Shown here piece after piece: positions 44,801-55,419 of a stretch of DNA of 64,000 bases. The position numbers and the translations under genes are program-made. Each line of letters starts with the position of its first letter. Position 1 is the stretch's first letter. Below the pieces are notes generated by a model. The model was not told where the DNA came from. It did not search any database and worked only from the letters and a program-made list of their open reading frames with translations. Source of the stretch: Deltaproteobacteria bacterium (GTDB taxonomy: Bacteria; Desulfobacterota; Syntrophia; Syntrophales; UBA8958); NCBI GenBank assembly GCA_029553375.1, contig JAKPCH010000059.1:21426-85425 (forward strand), given 5' to 3'.

Positions 44801-45835
44801 TCAGAGGCGGCGGAGGTTCTCCCCTAAGGGGGGGGAGACGATCCCGTCCTCGGTGATGATGGCACTGACGAGATCGGCCGGCGTGACGTCGAAGGCGGGG
44901 TTGAAGCAGGGGAAGCCCTCGGGTGCCCAGCGGAGGCCGCCGAACCCCCTGACCTCCTCGGCGTCCCGTTCCTCGATGGGGATGGCCGTGCCGTCGGGAA
45001 GGGAAAGATCGATGGTGGAGCGGGGGGCGGCGATGTAGAGGGGTATCCCGTGGTGGCGGGCGAGGACGGCCAGGGAGTAGGTGCCGATCTTGTTCGCCGT
45101 GTCACCGTTGGCGGCGACACGGTCCGCCCCGGTGACGACCTTCCGGACCCGACCCAACTTCATCAGCCAGCCCGCCATGTTGTCCGTGACGAGGCAGGCC
45201 TCGATCCCCTCCCTCGCCAGTTCCCACGCCGTCAGGCGCGCCCCCTGGAGGACGGGCCGGGTCTCGTCCACGTAGACGACGAACCTCTTGCCCTCCTCCC
45301 GGGCCGCCCTCAGGACCCCCAGGGCCGTGCCGTAACCCGCCGTGGCCAGGGCACCGGCGTTGCAGTGGGTGAGGACGGCGTCGCCGTCGTCGATGAGGGT
45401 CCGGCCGTGGAGGCCGATGCGGCGGTTGACCTCGATGTCCTCCTCGAGGATCGAGAGGGCCTCCGCTAGGAGGAGATCCCCCGCCCGCGCCGGGTCCGGC
45501 GGCAGGGTCGCAAGGCGCCGTTTCATCCGCTCGATGGCCCAGAAGAGGTTCCTCGCCGTGGGCCTCGTCCGGGCGAAGTCGTCGCAGATCCGCAGGGTCT
45601 CGAGGCGGAATTCCTCCCATGAACTGTTCCCGAACGACCTGGCCCCGAGGGCGATGCCCAGGGCGGCGGCCACGCCGATGGCGGGGGCCCCCCGAACGGT
45701 GAGATCGGAGATGGCCGCCATGACCCGGCGGTAATCGTCGCAGCGGACGTAGCGTTCCTCGCCGGGGAGGGCCCGCTGGTCCACCATGACGACGGCCTCG
45801 TTCTCCCAGAAGACGGTGCGGATCGGTGCCGTCAC
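44801..45835 (-). CDS. mtnA: Methylthioribose-1-phosphate isomerase
   Basis: VRGAPAIG, RPTARNL, THCNAGALAT, ETRPVLQGARLT, GADRV, NPAFDVTP. Confidence 0.93.
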   Translation of the reverse strand: MTAPIRTVFWENEAVVMVDQRALPGEERYVRCDDYRRVMAAISDLTVRGAPAIGVAAALGIALGARSFGNSSWEEFRLETLRICDDFARTRPTARNLFWAIERMKRRLATLPPDPARAGDLLLAEALSILEEDIEVNRRIGLHGRTLIDDGDAVLTHCNAGALATAGYGTALGVLRAAREEGKRFVVYVDETRPVLQGARLTAWELAREGIEACLVTDNMAGWLMKLGRVRKVVTGADRVAANGDTANKIGTYSLAVLARHHGIPLYIAAPRSTIDLSLPDGTAIPIEERDAEEVRGFGGLRWAPEGFPCFNPAFDVTPADLVSAIITEDGIVSPPLGENLRRL

Positions 45836-45843
45836 GTTTTCTC

Positions 45844-47277
45844 CTAAGGGGCCAGCATCCTCTTCAGGAGGTCGTTGAGGAGGCGGGGGTTGGCCTTGCC
45901 GCCCGTGGCCTTCATGGCCTGGCCGACGAAGAACCCGAAGACCTTCTCCTTGCCCGCCCGGTACTGGGCCACCTGGGCGGGATTGGCGGCGAGGATCTCC
46001 TCGATGACGGCCTTCAGGGCCCCCTCGTCGGTGATCTGGACGAGGCCCCGCTCGGCGATGATCTCCTCCGGTTCCTTCCCCGCGGCGTACATCTCCTGGA
46101 GGAGCTCCTTGGCGATCTTGCCGCTGATGGTCCCGTCCTCGATGAGGCGGATCATCCGCGCCAGGGAGGCGGCCCCGACGGGGCAGGCGTCGAAGGTCTT
46201 ACCCTCCTCGTTGAGGAGTTTCAGGAGATCCCCCATGACCCAGTTGGCGGCGATCTTGGGGGCGCCGCAGAGGCGGGCCGCCTCCTCGTAATAGTCGGCC
46301 AGGGCCCGGCTCGACGTCAAGACGCCGGCGTCGTAGGCGGGGAGGCCGTATTCCTTCTGGAGGCGCTCCCTCCTGGCCATGGGCAGCTCGGGGAGGGTCT
46401 TGCGTATCTCCTCGATCCAGGTCTCGTCGATATGGACGGTCACCAGGTCGGGGTCGGGGAAGTAACGGTAATCGTGGGCCTCCTCCTTGCCCCGCATGGG
46501 GTTGGTCACTCCCTGGCTGTCGTCCCACAGGCGGGTCTCCTGGACGATCTCCCCGCCGCCCTCCAGGATGTACTCCTGGCGCTTGATCTCGTACTCCAGG
46601 GCCCGCTGGACGTTGCGGAAGGAGTTCATGTTCTTGAGCTCCGTCCGCGTGCCGAAGGCCTCCTGACCCTTCGGCCTCAGGGAGACGTTGGCGTCGCAGC
46701 GGAAGCTCCCCTCCTCCATGTTCCCGTCGCAGATCCCCAGGTAAACGAGGATCTCGTGGAGGGCCCGCAGGTACGCCGCCGCCTCCTCGGCGCTGTGGAT
46801 GTCCGGTTCGCTGACGATCTCGATGAGGGGGACGCCCGTGCGGTTGAGATCGACGTAGCTGTAGGGGTTATGCTCGTCGTGGATGAGCTTCCCCGCGTCC
46901 TCCTCCATGTGGATCCTCGTGATGCCGATCCTCTTCTTCCCCGCCGCCGTCTCGACGATGAGGTGACCGTCCTCGGCCAGGGGCAGGGCGTACTGGGAGA
47001 TCTGGTAGCCCTTGGGGAGGTCGGGGTAGAAGTAGTTCTTCCGGGCGAAGCGGTTGTAGGTGTTGATGCGGCAATTGGTGGCCAGGGCCATCTTGACGGC
47101 GAACTCCACCACCTTCCTGTTAAGGACGGGCAGGACCCCCGGCATCCCCAGGCAGACGGGGCAGGTGTTGGTGTTGGGGGGGGCGCCGAAGGCGGTGGAA
47201 CAGGCGCAGAAGATCTTGGAGGACGTCAGGAGCTGGGCGTGGACCTCCAGGCCGATGACGGGTTCGTATTCCATCAC
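45844..47277 (-). CDS. gatB: Asp/Glu-tRNA amidotransferase subunit B
   Basis: [36 protein letters not shown]. Confidence 0.97.
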   Translation of the reverse strand: MMEYEPVIGLEVHAQLLTSSKIFCACSTAFGAPPNTNTCPVCLGMPGVLPVLNRKVVEFAVKMALATNCRINTYNRFARKNYFYPDLPKGYQISQYALPLAEDGHLIVETAAGKKRIGITRIHMEEDAGKLIHDEHNPYSYVDLNRTGVPLIEIVSEPDIHSAEEAAAYLRALHEILVYLGICDGNMEEGSFRCDANVSLRPKGQEAFGTRTELKNMNSFRNVQRALEYEIKRQEYILEGGGEIVQETRLWDDSQGVTNPMRGKEEAHDYRYFPDPDLVTVHIDETWIEEIRKTLPELPMARRERLQKEYGLPAYDAGVLTSSRALADYYEEAARLCGAPKIAANWVMGDLLKLLNEEGKTFDACPVGAASLARMIRLIEDGTISGKIAKELLQEMYAAGKEPEEIIAERGLVQITDEGALKAVIEEILAANPAQVAQYRAGKEKVFGFFVGQAMKATGGKANPRLLNDLLKRMLAP

Positions 47278-48731
47278 AGTCTCGGTCTCCTTACCTCGCG
47301 GGGCATGAGGGTCGAAAGGGCCGACCCGATCTGGATGAGCCTCCCCTCCTCGAAATGGGGGGCCAGGAACTGGACGCCGACGGGCAGCCCCTCGCCGGTG
47401 AAGCCGCAGGGGACGGAGATGCCCGGGATGCCCGCCAGGTTGGCCGAGATGGTGAAGATGTCGGAGAGGTACATCTGTATGGGGTCGTCGAGCTTTTCCC
47501 CGAGGCGGAAGGCCGCCGTGGGTGTCGTCGGGGTGAGGATCACGTCGCAGAGGGCGAAGACCCGGTCGAAATCCTCCCGGATGAGGGCCCGGACCTGGGA
47601 GGCCTTCTTGTAGTAGGCCTCGTAGTAGCCCGAGGAGAGGACGTAGGTGCCGATGATGATGCGACGCTTCACCTCGGCCCCGAACCCGGCGGAACGGGTC
47701 TTCTTATACATCTCCAAAAGATCCCGGGGATCCTCGGCGCGGAAACCGTAACGGACGCCGTCGTACCGCGCCAGGTTCGAGCTGGCCTCGGCGGGGGCGA
47801 TGATGTAGTAGACGGCCACGCAGTACTTCGTGTGGGGGAGGGAGACCTCGATCAGCTTCGCCCCGCTCCCCTCCAGGGCCCGCGCGGCCCCCTCCACGGC
47901 CGCCCTCACCTCGGGGTCTATCCCCTCCATGAAGTACTCCCGGGGGATACCGATCTTCCAGCCCTCCACGGACCGGTCGAGAAAGGCCCGGTAGTCCGGG
48001 ATCTCCACGGGCACGGAGGTCGATTCCCGGGGATCGTGCCCGGCGATGACGTTCATGAGGATGGCGCAGTCCCGAACGTCCTTCGTGAAGGGCCCGATCT
48101 GATCCAGGGACGAGGCGAAGGCCACGAGGCCGAACCGGGACACGCGGCCGTAAGTCGGTTTCATGCCGACGACGCCGCAGAGGGCGGCTGGCTGCCTGAT
48201 GGAGCCCCCCGTGTCGGAGCCGATGGCGGCGGCGCACTCGTCGGCGGCCACGGCGGCGGCGGATCCGCCGCTCGATCCCCCCGGTATCCGCTCGAGGTCC
48301 CAGGGGTTGCGGGTGACGCCGAAGTAGGACGTCTCCGTCGAAGAGCCCATGGCGAATTCGTCCATGTTCGTCTTACCCGTGAAAACGGCCCCCGCGGCCC
48401 TAAGCCTCGCCACGACCGTGGCGTCGTAGGGGGGGCGGAAGTTCTCCAGGATGCGGGAGGCGCAGGTGGTGGGGAAGCCCCGGGTGCAGCAGATGTCCTT
48501 GAGGGCGATGGGGACCCCCGTCAGGGGCCCGATGCGCCCCTCCCTGATGGACCGGTCCGCCTCCTCGGCCTGGGCGTAGGCCGTCTCCTTCATGAGGGAG
48601 ATGTAGGCGTGGACCCGGTCTTCCACGGCCTCGATGCGCCGGTAATAGGCGTCGAGGACCTCGCGGGCCGTCGTCTCGCCGGAGACGAGCTTCTCGTGGA
48701 GCTCGTGGACCGTCAGTTCGTAAAGTTCCAT
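47274..48731 (-). CDS. gatA: Asp/Glu-tRNA amidotransferase subunit A
   Basis: [35 protein letters not shown]. Confidence 0.97.
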   Translation of the reverse strand: MELYELTVHELHEKLVSGETTAREVLDAYYRRIEAVEDRVHAYISLMKETAYAQAEEADRSIREGRIGPLTGVPIALKDICCTRGFPTTCASRILENFRPPYDATVVARLRAAGAVFTGKTNMDEFAMGSSTETSYFGVTRNPWDLERIPGGSSGGSAAAVAADECAAAIGSDTGGSIRQPAALCGVVGMKPTYGRVSRFGLVAFASSLDQIGPFTKDVRDCAILMNVIAGHDPRESTSVPVEIPDYRAFLDRSVEGWKIGIPREYFMEGIDPEVRAAVEGAARALEGSGAKLIEVSLPHTKYCVAVYYIIAPAEASSNLARYDGVRYGFRAEDPRDLLEMYKKTRSAGFGAEVKRRIIIGTYVLSSGYYEAYYKKASQVRALIREDFDRVFALCDVILTPTTPTAAFRLGEKLDDPIQMYLSDIFTISANLAGIPGISVPCGFTGEGLPVGVQFLAPHFEEGRLIQIGSALSTLMPREVRRPRL

Positions 48732-48741
48732 GACAACCCCG

Positions 48742-49029
48742 TCACTCGATCACCCGCGGGACGCGGAAGAACTGTCCCCGGGGATCCGGGGCGTTGGCCA
48801 GGGACTCCCCCTCCCCGAGGGACGGTTTGACCTCGTCGTCCCGGAAGGCGTTGTAGAGGACCGTGGCGTGGGTCATGGGCTCCACGCCCTTCGTGTCCAG
48901 GGCGTTGAGCATCTCCATGTACATGAGGATGTCGTTGAGCTGGATGGTGAACTTACCGATCTGATCCTCGGGGAACTCGAGGCGCGCCAGGTGGGCGACG
49001 TGCCGGACCTCTTCCTGGGTAATCTTCAA
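48742..49029 (-). CDS. gatC: Asp/Glu-tRNA amidotransferase subunit C
   Basis: [25 protein letters not shown]; TTG start. Confidence 0.95.
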   Translation of the reverse strand: MKITQEEVRHVAHLARLEFPEDQIGKFTIQLNDILMYMEMLNALDTKGVEPMTHATVLYNAFRDDEVKPSLGEGESLANAPDPRGQFFRVPRVIE

Positions 49030-49040
49030 ATCCTCACCTC

Positions 49041-50096
49041 CTAAAAGACCCGCCAGAGGGGCGTGATCTCCTCCCGGACCCGCCGGATGACGGCCTCCTT
49101 CTCCCCCGCCGCCTCCCCTTCCAGGCGGGCGATCTCGGCGGACGGAAAGGTCTGGAGGCCCGCCATCTCCCTCAGGACCGCCCGGACCGACGAGGTGACG
49201 CCCCCCTTGTGGTAGCCGCCCTCGAGGACGCCCACGAGGCGCCCCCGGCAGGAAGCGTCGGCGATGTCGAGGAGGATGCGCGTCATGGCCGCGTAACCGT
49301 CCTCCGTGACCCGCATGTCCCCCAGGGGATCCATGTGATAGCTGTCGAACCCGGCGGAGAGGAGGATCAACTCCGGCCGGAAGGACAGGGCCACGGGCTT
49401 GAGGAGACCGGTGAAGGCCCTCACGTACACGGCGTCGTCGCTCCTCGCCTTGAGGGGCACGTTGATGGTGTAACCCTTGCCCTCGCCCGACCCGAGCTCC
49501 CTCACCCCCCCCGTGCCGGGGTAGGCCGGGTACTGGTGCACAGAGAAATACAGGACCCTGTTGTCGCCGTAGAAGATTTCCTGGGTGCCGTCGCCGTGGT
49601 GGAGATCCCAGTCGACGATGAGGATCCTCTTCAGGCCGTGCCTGGACAGGGCGTAACGGGCGGCGATGGCGATATTGTTGAAGATGCAGAAGCCGGCGGC
49701 GCGGTGGCGGCTCGCGTGGTGTCCCGGGGGACGGACCAGGGCCATGGCGTTGTCCACCTCCGCCGCCATCACGGCGTCCAGGGCGTTCAGGAGACCGCCC
49801 ACGGCCAGTTTCGCCGTGTCGTAGGACTCGGGGGTGGTCTGGGTATCCGGGTCGAGGGAATAGTAGTTCATCTTCGCCGTGGAGGCGATGAAGTCGATGT
49901 AGGTACGGTCATGGACGAGGGCGATCTCGTCGTGGTCGGCGTGGCGCGCCGGCAGGGGGACGAACCGCCCCTTCATGTCGGGGCCGTCCAGCATGGCGTA
50001 GATGGCCTCGAGACGCTCGGGGGACTCGGGGTGGTAAAACCCCTCCCCGTGGCGCAGGTATCTATCGTCCCTGACGATGCCCGTCCTTCTTTCCAT
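49041..50096 (-). CDS. Histone deacetylase-family (class II-like) amidohydrolase
   Basis: [36 protein letters not shown]. Confidence 0.92.
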   Translation of the reverse strand: MERRTGIVRDDRYLRHGEGFYHPESPERLEAIYAMLDGPDMKGRFVPLPARHADHDEIALVHDRTYIDFIASTAKMNYYSLDPDTQTTPESYDTAKLAVGGLLNALDAVMAAEVDNAMALVRPPGHHASRHRAAGFCIFNNIAIAARYALSRHGLKRILIVDWDLHHGDGTQEIFYGDNRVLYFSVHQYPAYPGTGGVRELGSGEGKGYTINVPLKARSDDAVYVRAFTGLLKPVALSFRPELILLSAGFDSYHMDPLGDMRVTEDGYAAMTRILLDIADASCRGRLVGVLEGGYHKGGVTSSVRAVLREMAGLQTFPSAEIARLEGEAAGEKEAVIRRVREEITPLWRVF

Positions 50097-50177
50097 TTCC
50101 GCCTCCCTCGCGACGACGTGGAGGCTTCTACCACAAAAGGAGGCGCCGATGCAAAGGGAAAGGGCCCGCGAATTTTG

Positions 50178-50207
50178 TTGACACCCCCTTGGGGCTCCAT
50201 ATAAGAT
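50178..50207 (+). promoter_or_regulatory. sigma70-type promoter of the tat operon
   Basis: TTGACA-18 nt-TAAGAT. Confidence 0.55.
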
Positions 50208-50239
50208 TCCGCCCTGATTCTTTTGGAGACATTCGGACC

Positions 50240-50488
50240 ATGTTCGGTATCGGCCTTCCGGAATTGATCGTCATCGCCATCGTGGCCCTCTTGGTCGTGG
50301 GACCCAAGAGGCTCCCGGACCTGGCCAAGTCCCTAGGCCAGGGGCTGAGCGAGTTTCGCCGGGCCGCCGACGGGTTGACGACGTCCGTGAAGGAGACCCT
50401 CAAGGAGGAGGACGGGGAAGAGACGGGGAAAGAGGGGAAAGAAGGGAAGACCGCCCCGGCGGCGGACGACGCCCCCCCCAAGACCTGA
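50240..50488 (+). CDS. Twin-arginine translocase TatA/TatB subunit
   Basis: [30 protein letters not shown]. Confidence 0.9.
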   Translation: MFGIGLPELIVIAIVALLVVGPKRLPDLAKSLGQGLSEFRRAADGLTTSVKETLKEEDGEETGKEGKEGKTAPAADDAPPKT

Positions 50489-50511
50489 GCCCCTTGACCT
50501 CCCCTCACCCC

Positions 50512-51270
50512 ATGGCAGAGAGACCAGAAGAGGAAAAACAGCCCCTCACGGCCCACCTGGCGGAGCTGAGGCAGCGCCTCATCAACTGCCTCGTCGCCAT
50601 CGGCGTGGGCTTCCTCGCCTGTTACTATCTCAAGGAGGAGCTCTTCAAGATCATCACCCGACCCCTGGCCCAGGTCCTGCCCAAGGACAGCCACATGATC
50701 TTCACCGGCCTCCCCGAGGCCTTTTTCATCTACATGAAGATCGCCTTCTTCGCCTCCCTCTTCCTCACGAGCCCCTACACCCTCTATCAGGTCTGGCGCT
50801 TCATCTCCCCGGGCCTCTACCCCTCGGAGAAACGTTACGTCGTCCCCTTCGTCGTCTCCTCGACCCTCCTCTTCGTCGGGGGGGTCCTCTTTTGCTACTT
50901 CCTGGCCCTGCCCCCGGCCTTCGCCTTCTTCATCGAATTCTCGACGGATTTTCTCAGACCGATGATCTCCTTCCGGGAGTACCTCTCCTTTTCCCTCAAG
51001 ATGCTTTTGGCCTTCGGACTCTGTTTCGAGCTCCCCGTCTTCATCTTCTTCATGGCGAAGATCGGCATCGTCTCCTCCCGGGGCCTGGTCAAACAGAGGC
51101 GTTACGCCATCCTCGTGATCTTCATCGTGGCGGCGGTCCTCACCCCCTCACCCGACGCCTTCAGCCAGATCCTCCTCGCCGTCCCCTTGATGGTCCTCTA
51201 CGAGATCAGCGTCCTTTTGGCCCGCTTCGCCGAACGTAAAAAAGAAGGAGCCTCCGAGGTCGGTTCATGA
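50512..51270 (+). CDS. tatC: Twin-arginine translocase TatC
   Basis: HLAELRQRL, WRFISPGLY, FELP, TPSPDAFSQ. Confidence 0.95.
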   Translation: MAERPEEEKQPLTAHLAELRQRLINCLVAIGVGFLACYYLKEELFKIITRPLAQVLPKDSHMIFTGLPEAFFIYMKIAFFASLFLTSPYTLYQVWRFISPGLYPSEKRYVVPFVVSSTLLFVGGVLFCYFLALPPAFAFFIEFSTDFLRPMISFREYLSFSLKMLLAFGLCFELPVFIFFMAKIGIVSSRGLVKQRRYAILVIFIVAAVLTPSPDAFSQILLAVPLMVLYEISVLLARFAERKKEGASEVGS

Positions 51271-53279
51271 AACATCATTCAAGAAACAGGGGCTTTGCGA
51301 CCATCGTCATCATCGCCGCCGTGGCCGTGGTCTCCCTGATCCTCATCGGGGCGGCCCTGCTCGTCTATCTCCTCGTGGTGGATCTTCCTTCCGTCGCCAC
51401 CCTGAAGGACTACCGTCCCAGCATCGCCACCCGCGTCTACGCCGACAACAACGAGCTCGTGGACGAGTTCTTCCTCGAGGACCGCAAGATCATCCGGGTC
51501 GCCGACCTGCCCAAGTTCGTCATCCACGCCTTCGTGGCCGCCGAGGACAGCCGCTTCTTCGAGCACCGGGGCATAGACCCCCAGAGTATCTCCCGGGCCT
51601 TTCTCAAGAACCTGGGGGCGGGGCGGATCGTCCAGGGGGGGAGCACCATCACCCAGCAGGTGGCCAAGAGCCTCTTCCTGACGCCCGAGCGGAGCTACAC
51701 CCGCAAGTTGAAGGAGGCGATCCTGGCCTACAAGATCGACCACTACCTGACGAAGGAGGAGATCCTCAACCTCTACCTCAACCAGATCTACCTCGGCCAC
51801 GGCACTTACGGGATCGAGGCCGCCGCCCAGGGTTACTTCGGCAAGAGCGCCCGCCAGCTGACCCTCCCCGAGGCGGCCATGCTCGCCGGCCTCCCCAAGG
51901 CCCCCAGCACCTACTCACCCTTCACGAACCCCGAGAGGGCCCGCCAGCGCCAGGCCTACGTCCTGGAGAGGATGTACGAGGACGGCTACATCACCCAGCA
52001 GGAGAGGGAGCGGGCCCTCAACACACCCCTCGTCCTCAGGTCCGTGCGGCCCAAGGAGAAGATCGCCCCCTACTTCGTCGAGGAGGTCCGCCGTTACATC
52101 CTGAGCCGCTACGGGAGCGACGTCCTCTACAAGGAAGGCCTCGAGGTCTACACGACCCTGAACATCTCCATGCAGAAGGCGGCCCGTGACGCCGTCGAGC
52201 GGGGTCTTAGGGAACTAGAGGACCGCCAGAAATACGAACGGGGCCTCGTCCAGGGGGCCCTTTTGGCCATGGACGCCCGGACGGGGGCCATCAAGGCCAT
52301 GGTGGGGGGGAGGGACTTCACCAAGAGCGAGTTCAACCGCGCCACCCAGTCCCGGAGGCAGCCGGGGTCGGCCTTCAAGCCCTTCATCTACACCGCCGCC
52401 TTCGACAAGGGACTGACGCCCGTGACGACCGTCATGGACGAGCCCATCGAATTCCCCGACCCCTCGAGTCCCGACGGGATGTGGCGGCCGAAAAACTTCG
52501 ACGGCAAGTACAACGGTCCCACCACCCTGAGGACCGCCATCGTCCAATCCCGGAACGTCGTGACCGTCAAGGTCCTCAGGGAGATCGGCGTGGACTACGC
52601 CGCCGCCTACGCGGCGAACATGGGGATCACCTCCCCCCTGACGAAGAACCTCTCCCTGGCCCTCGGTTCCTCGGGGGTCACCCTCCTGGAGATGGTGAGG
52701 GCCTACGGGGTCCTGGCCAACCAGGGCAGAAGAGTCACACCCTTCTTCATCACCAGGATCGTCGACCGGACGGGCCACATCTTCGAGGAGAACCAGGTCA
52801 AGGTGGAACAGGTGATCGACCCCCGCATCGCCTTCATCTCCACCTACATCATGCAGGACGTGGTGGAGAGCGGCACGGGGCGCCGCGTCAGGGGTATCGG
52901 CCGCCCCGTGGCGGGCAAGACGGGCACGACGAACGACGTGCGGGACGCCTGGTTCATCGGCTTCACCCCCTCCCTCGTGGCGGGGGTCTGGGTCGGCTTC
53001 GACCAGGAGCGGCCCCTGGGGCACCAGGAGGTAGGCGGCCGGGCGGCGGCGCCCATCTGGCTGTATTTCATGGAGAAGGCCCTGGCGGGCACCCCCGTCG
53101 AGACCTTCCCCGTGCCGGAGGGCATCGTCTTCGCCCGCGTCGGCGCCAGGGGGGACCCCGAAGGCGGGGCCAGGGGCTACATCTACGAGTGTTTCCTCGA
53201 GGGGACGGTGCCGGAGAACCTGACCCCCATCAGCCCAAGGGACGTCGGCCCGGCGAGGAGGGAAGAGGAGGAGGAATAA
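51267..53279 (+). CDS. Class A penicillin-binding protein (PBP1A)
   Basis: EDSRFFEHRG, GGSTITQQ, RKLKE; SAFK, SRN and KTGT transpeptidase motifs. Confidence 0.93.
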   Translation: MKHHSRNRGFATIVIIAAVAVVSLILIGAALLVYLLVVDLPSVATLKDYRPSIATRVYADNNELVDEFFLEDRKIIRVADLPKFVIHAFVAAEDSRFFEHRGIDPQSISRAFLKNLGAGRIVQGGSTITQQVAKSLFLTPERSYTRKLKEAILAYKIDHYLTKEEILNLYLNQIYLGHGTYGIEAAAQGYFGKSARQLTLPEAAMLAGLPKAPSTYSPFTNPERARQRQAYVLERMYEDGYITQQERERALNTPLVLRSVRPKEKIAPYFVEEVRRYILSRYGSDVLYKEGLEVYTTLNISMQKAARDAVERGLRELEDRQKYERGLVQGALLAMDARTGAIKAMVGGRDFTKSEFNRATQSRRQPGSAFKPFIYTAAFDKGLTPVTTVMDEPIEFPDPSSPDGMWRPKNFDGKYNGPTTLRTAIVQSRNVVTVKVLREIGVDYAAAYAANMGITSPLTKNLSLALGSSGVTLLEMVRAYGVLANQGRRVTPFFITRIVDRTGHIFEENQVKVEQVIDPRIAFISTYIMQDVVESGTGRRVRGIGRPVAGKTGTTNDVRDAWFIGFTPSLVAGVWVGFDQERPLGHQEVGGRAAAPIWLYFMEKALAGTPVETFPVPEGIVFARVGARGDPEGGARGYIYECFLEGTVPENLTPISPRDVGPARREEEEE

Positions 53280-53284
53280 CCCCC

Positions 53285-55087
53285 CTAAGGGCGGCCCTCC
53301 ATGAGGGCCTTGATCTCCTCCCCGTCCACCTTTTCCTTCTCCAGGAGGAGACGGGCCCCCGCCTCGAGAACGGCCCGTTTCTCCGAGAGGATGGCCAGGG
53401 CGCGGGCGTACTGTTCGTCGATGATCCGCCGGACCTCGGCGTCGACGGCCTGGGCCGTCGCCTCGCTGAACTCCCCTGCCTGCCGCGGCCCGATCTCGAG
53501 GAAGCGGTTCTGCCTTTCCCGGGCTAGATAGACCTGGCCGAGGGCATCGCTCATGCCGTATTCCATGATCATGCTCCGGGCCGTCTCCGTGGCCCGGGCC
53601 AGGTCGTTGTGGGCCCCCGTGGATATGTCCCCGAAGACGAGGGCCTCCGCCGCCCGTCCCCCGAGGAGGGTGGCGATCTTGTTGAGGAGTTCCGTCTTCT
53701 TCATGAGGAAACGGTCCTCCGTGGGGACCTGCATGGTGTAGCCCAAGGCGGCGATGCCCCGGGGGATGATGGAGATCTTCTGGACCGGATCCGTCCCCGG
53801 GAGGGACAGGGCCACCAGGGCGTGACCCATCTCATGGAAGGCGACGATCTCCCGTTCCTGGGCGTTGATGAGGCGGTTTTTCTTCTCGAGGCCGGCGATG
53901 ATCCTCTCCACCGCCTCCTCGAACTCGGCCATACCCACGGCCTGCTTGTTGTGGCGCACCGCCAGGAGGGCCGCCTCGTTCACCATGTTGGCCAGGTCGG
54001 CCCCCACCATCCCCGGGGTCATGTTGGCCAGCTTCTCCACGTCCACGTCGGGGGCCAGGCGGACCTTCTTCAGGTGGACCCGCAGGATCTCCTCGCGGCC
54101 CTTCTTGTCCGGCCTGTCCACCAGGACGTGGCGATCGAAGCGGCCCGCCCTCAGGAGGGCGGGATCGAGGATCTCCGGGCGGTTCGTGGCCGCCATGAGG
54201 ATCACCCCCACCTTGGGGTCGAAACCGTCCATCTCCACCAAGAGCTGGTTCAGGGTCTGCTCCCGCTCGTCATGCCCCCCGATCCCTCCGAACCCCCGGG
54301 CCTTGCCCAGGGCGTCGAGCTCGTCGATGAAGATGATGCACGGGGCCTTCTGCTTGGCCTGGACGAAGAGATCCCTGACCCGGGCGGCCCCCATGCCGAC
54401 GAACATCTCCACGAACTCGGAGCCGCTGATGCTGAAGAAGGGGACCCCGCTCTCGCCCGCCACGGCCTTGGCCAGGAGGGTCTTGCCCGTCCCCGGGGGG
54501 CCGACGAGGAGGATCCCCTTGGGGATCCGCCCCCCCAACTCGGTGAACCTCCCCGGGTTCTTGAGGAAATCGATGATCTCCATCAGCTCCTGCTTGGCCT
54601 CGTCGACGCCGGCGACGTCCTTGAAGGTGACGTTCAGGTCCCCCTCCATGTAGATCTTGGCCTTCTTACCCAGGGTCATGAATCCCGCCTGCTGGCTACC
54701 GATGCGCCTCATCATCAGGTACCAGACGCCGACGAACAGAAGAATCGGGAACACCCAGGAAAAGAGATCCCGCAGGAAGGTGGATTCGATCTCCCCCTTG
54801 AAGACGACGGGATACTTCTCCAGCATCGCCGACAGCTCGGGGTCGACGCGGATGGTCCTGAACAGGACCGTCTCGTCCGGTTTACCCCCCTCGACCCTCA
54901 TCTTCCCCTGGATCTGATTGGCCGAGACGGCGATCTCTGTTATGCGGCCGCTCTTGAGGAGATTGAGAAACTGGCTGTAGGGGATGGTCTTGATGGCGAG
55001 GAGCGAGGCCAGGTAACCCTGGATGATGAATACCAGCCAGATGCCGAGAAGGACGTACCAAAGGGAGAAACGATGCCTCTTTTCCAT
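53285..55087 (-). CDS. ftsH: ATP-dependent zinc metalloprotease FtsH
   Basis: [26 protein letters not shown]. Confidence 0.95.
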   Translation of the reverse strand: MEKRHRFSLWYVLLGIWLVFIIQGYLASLLAIKTIPYSQFLNLLKSGRITEIAVSANQIQGKMRVEGGKPDETVLFRTIRVDPELSAMLEKYPVVFKGEIESTFLRDLFSWVFPILLFVGVWYLMMRRIGSQQAGFMTLGKKAKIYMEGDLNVTFKDVAGVDEAKQELMEIIDFLKNPGRFTELGGRIPKGILLVGPPGTGKTLLAKAVAGESGVPFFSISGSEFVEMFVGMGAARVRDLFVQAKQKAPCIIFIDELDALGKARGFGGIGGHDEREQTLNQLLVEMDGFDPKVGVILMAATNRPEILDPALLRAGRFDRHVLVDRPDKKGREEILRVHLKKVRLAPDVDVEKLANMTPGMVGADLANMVNEAALLAVRHNKQAVGMAEFEEAVERIIAGLEKKNRLINAQEREIVAFHEMGHALVALSLPGTDPVQKISIIPRGIAALGYTMQVPTEDRFLMKKTELLNKIATLLGGRAAEALVFGDISTGAHNDLARATETARSMIMEYGMSDALGQVYLARERQNRFLEIGPRQAGEFSEATAQAVDAEVRRIIDEQYARALAILSEKRAVLEAGARLLLEKEKVDGEEIKALMEGRP

Positions 55088-55150
55088 GGGTTTTTATTAA
55101 CAGACCTCCGAGGGATAGACAAGGGGTTTGTGCCCCCGCCCAAAAAAAGC

Positions 55151-55179
55151 TTGACAAAAGGGATAAACAGTCGTAAACG
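55151..55179 (+). promoter_or_regulatory. sigma70-type promoter of the ilv leader
   Basis: TTGACA-17 nt-TAAACG (imperfect -10). Confidence 0.45.
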
Positions 55180-55207
55180 CCCTGCATTCTGAAAATTGGT
55201 CCAAAAG

Positions 55208-55294
55208 ATGACTTTCACGGCAAAGAAGATAGACGTACCGCGGGGTGTCGTAGTCGTTATCGTAGGCGGGGGGACCGCTGCTCGGTGCGTCTGA
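55208..55294 (+). CDS. ilv operon leader peptide (28 aa), absent from the ORF track
   Basis: MTFTAKKIDVPRGVVVVIVGGGTAARCV*, with a run of Val/Ile control codons GTC GTA GTC GTT ATC GTA. Confidence 0.82.
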   Translation: MTFTAKKIDVPRGVVVVIVGGGTAARCV

Positions 55295-55307
55295 GGGCGT
55301 AAGATCG

Positions 55308-55339
55308 AGCCGCGGGCCCCTGAACCCCGCGGCTTTTTT
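55308..55339 (+). terminator. Attenuator terminator T1
   Basis: AGCCGCGGG-CCCCTGAAC-CCCGCGGCT followed by TTTTT. Confidence 0.85.
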
Positions 55340-55347
55340 AACAGTCG

Positions 55348-55382
55348 AAAAAGCCGCATTCGGAAAGATTGCGGCTTTTTTT
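55348..55382 (+). terminator. Second terminator-like hairpin T2
   Basis: AAAAAGCCGCA-TTCGGAAAGAT-TGCGGCTTTTTTT. Confidence 0.75.
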
Positions 55383-55419
55383 ATTGAGGCGAAAAAACAA
55401 TCCCAAGGAGGTGTCAACA

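Noticed and set aside
55238-55246. CCGCGGGGT in the leader, complementary to the T1 3' arm, as the main antiterminator
   Set aside because: It would be covered by a ribosome stalled on the Val codons; the 55270-55320 pairing fits better, though this segment may act when the leader is untranslated
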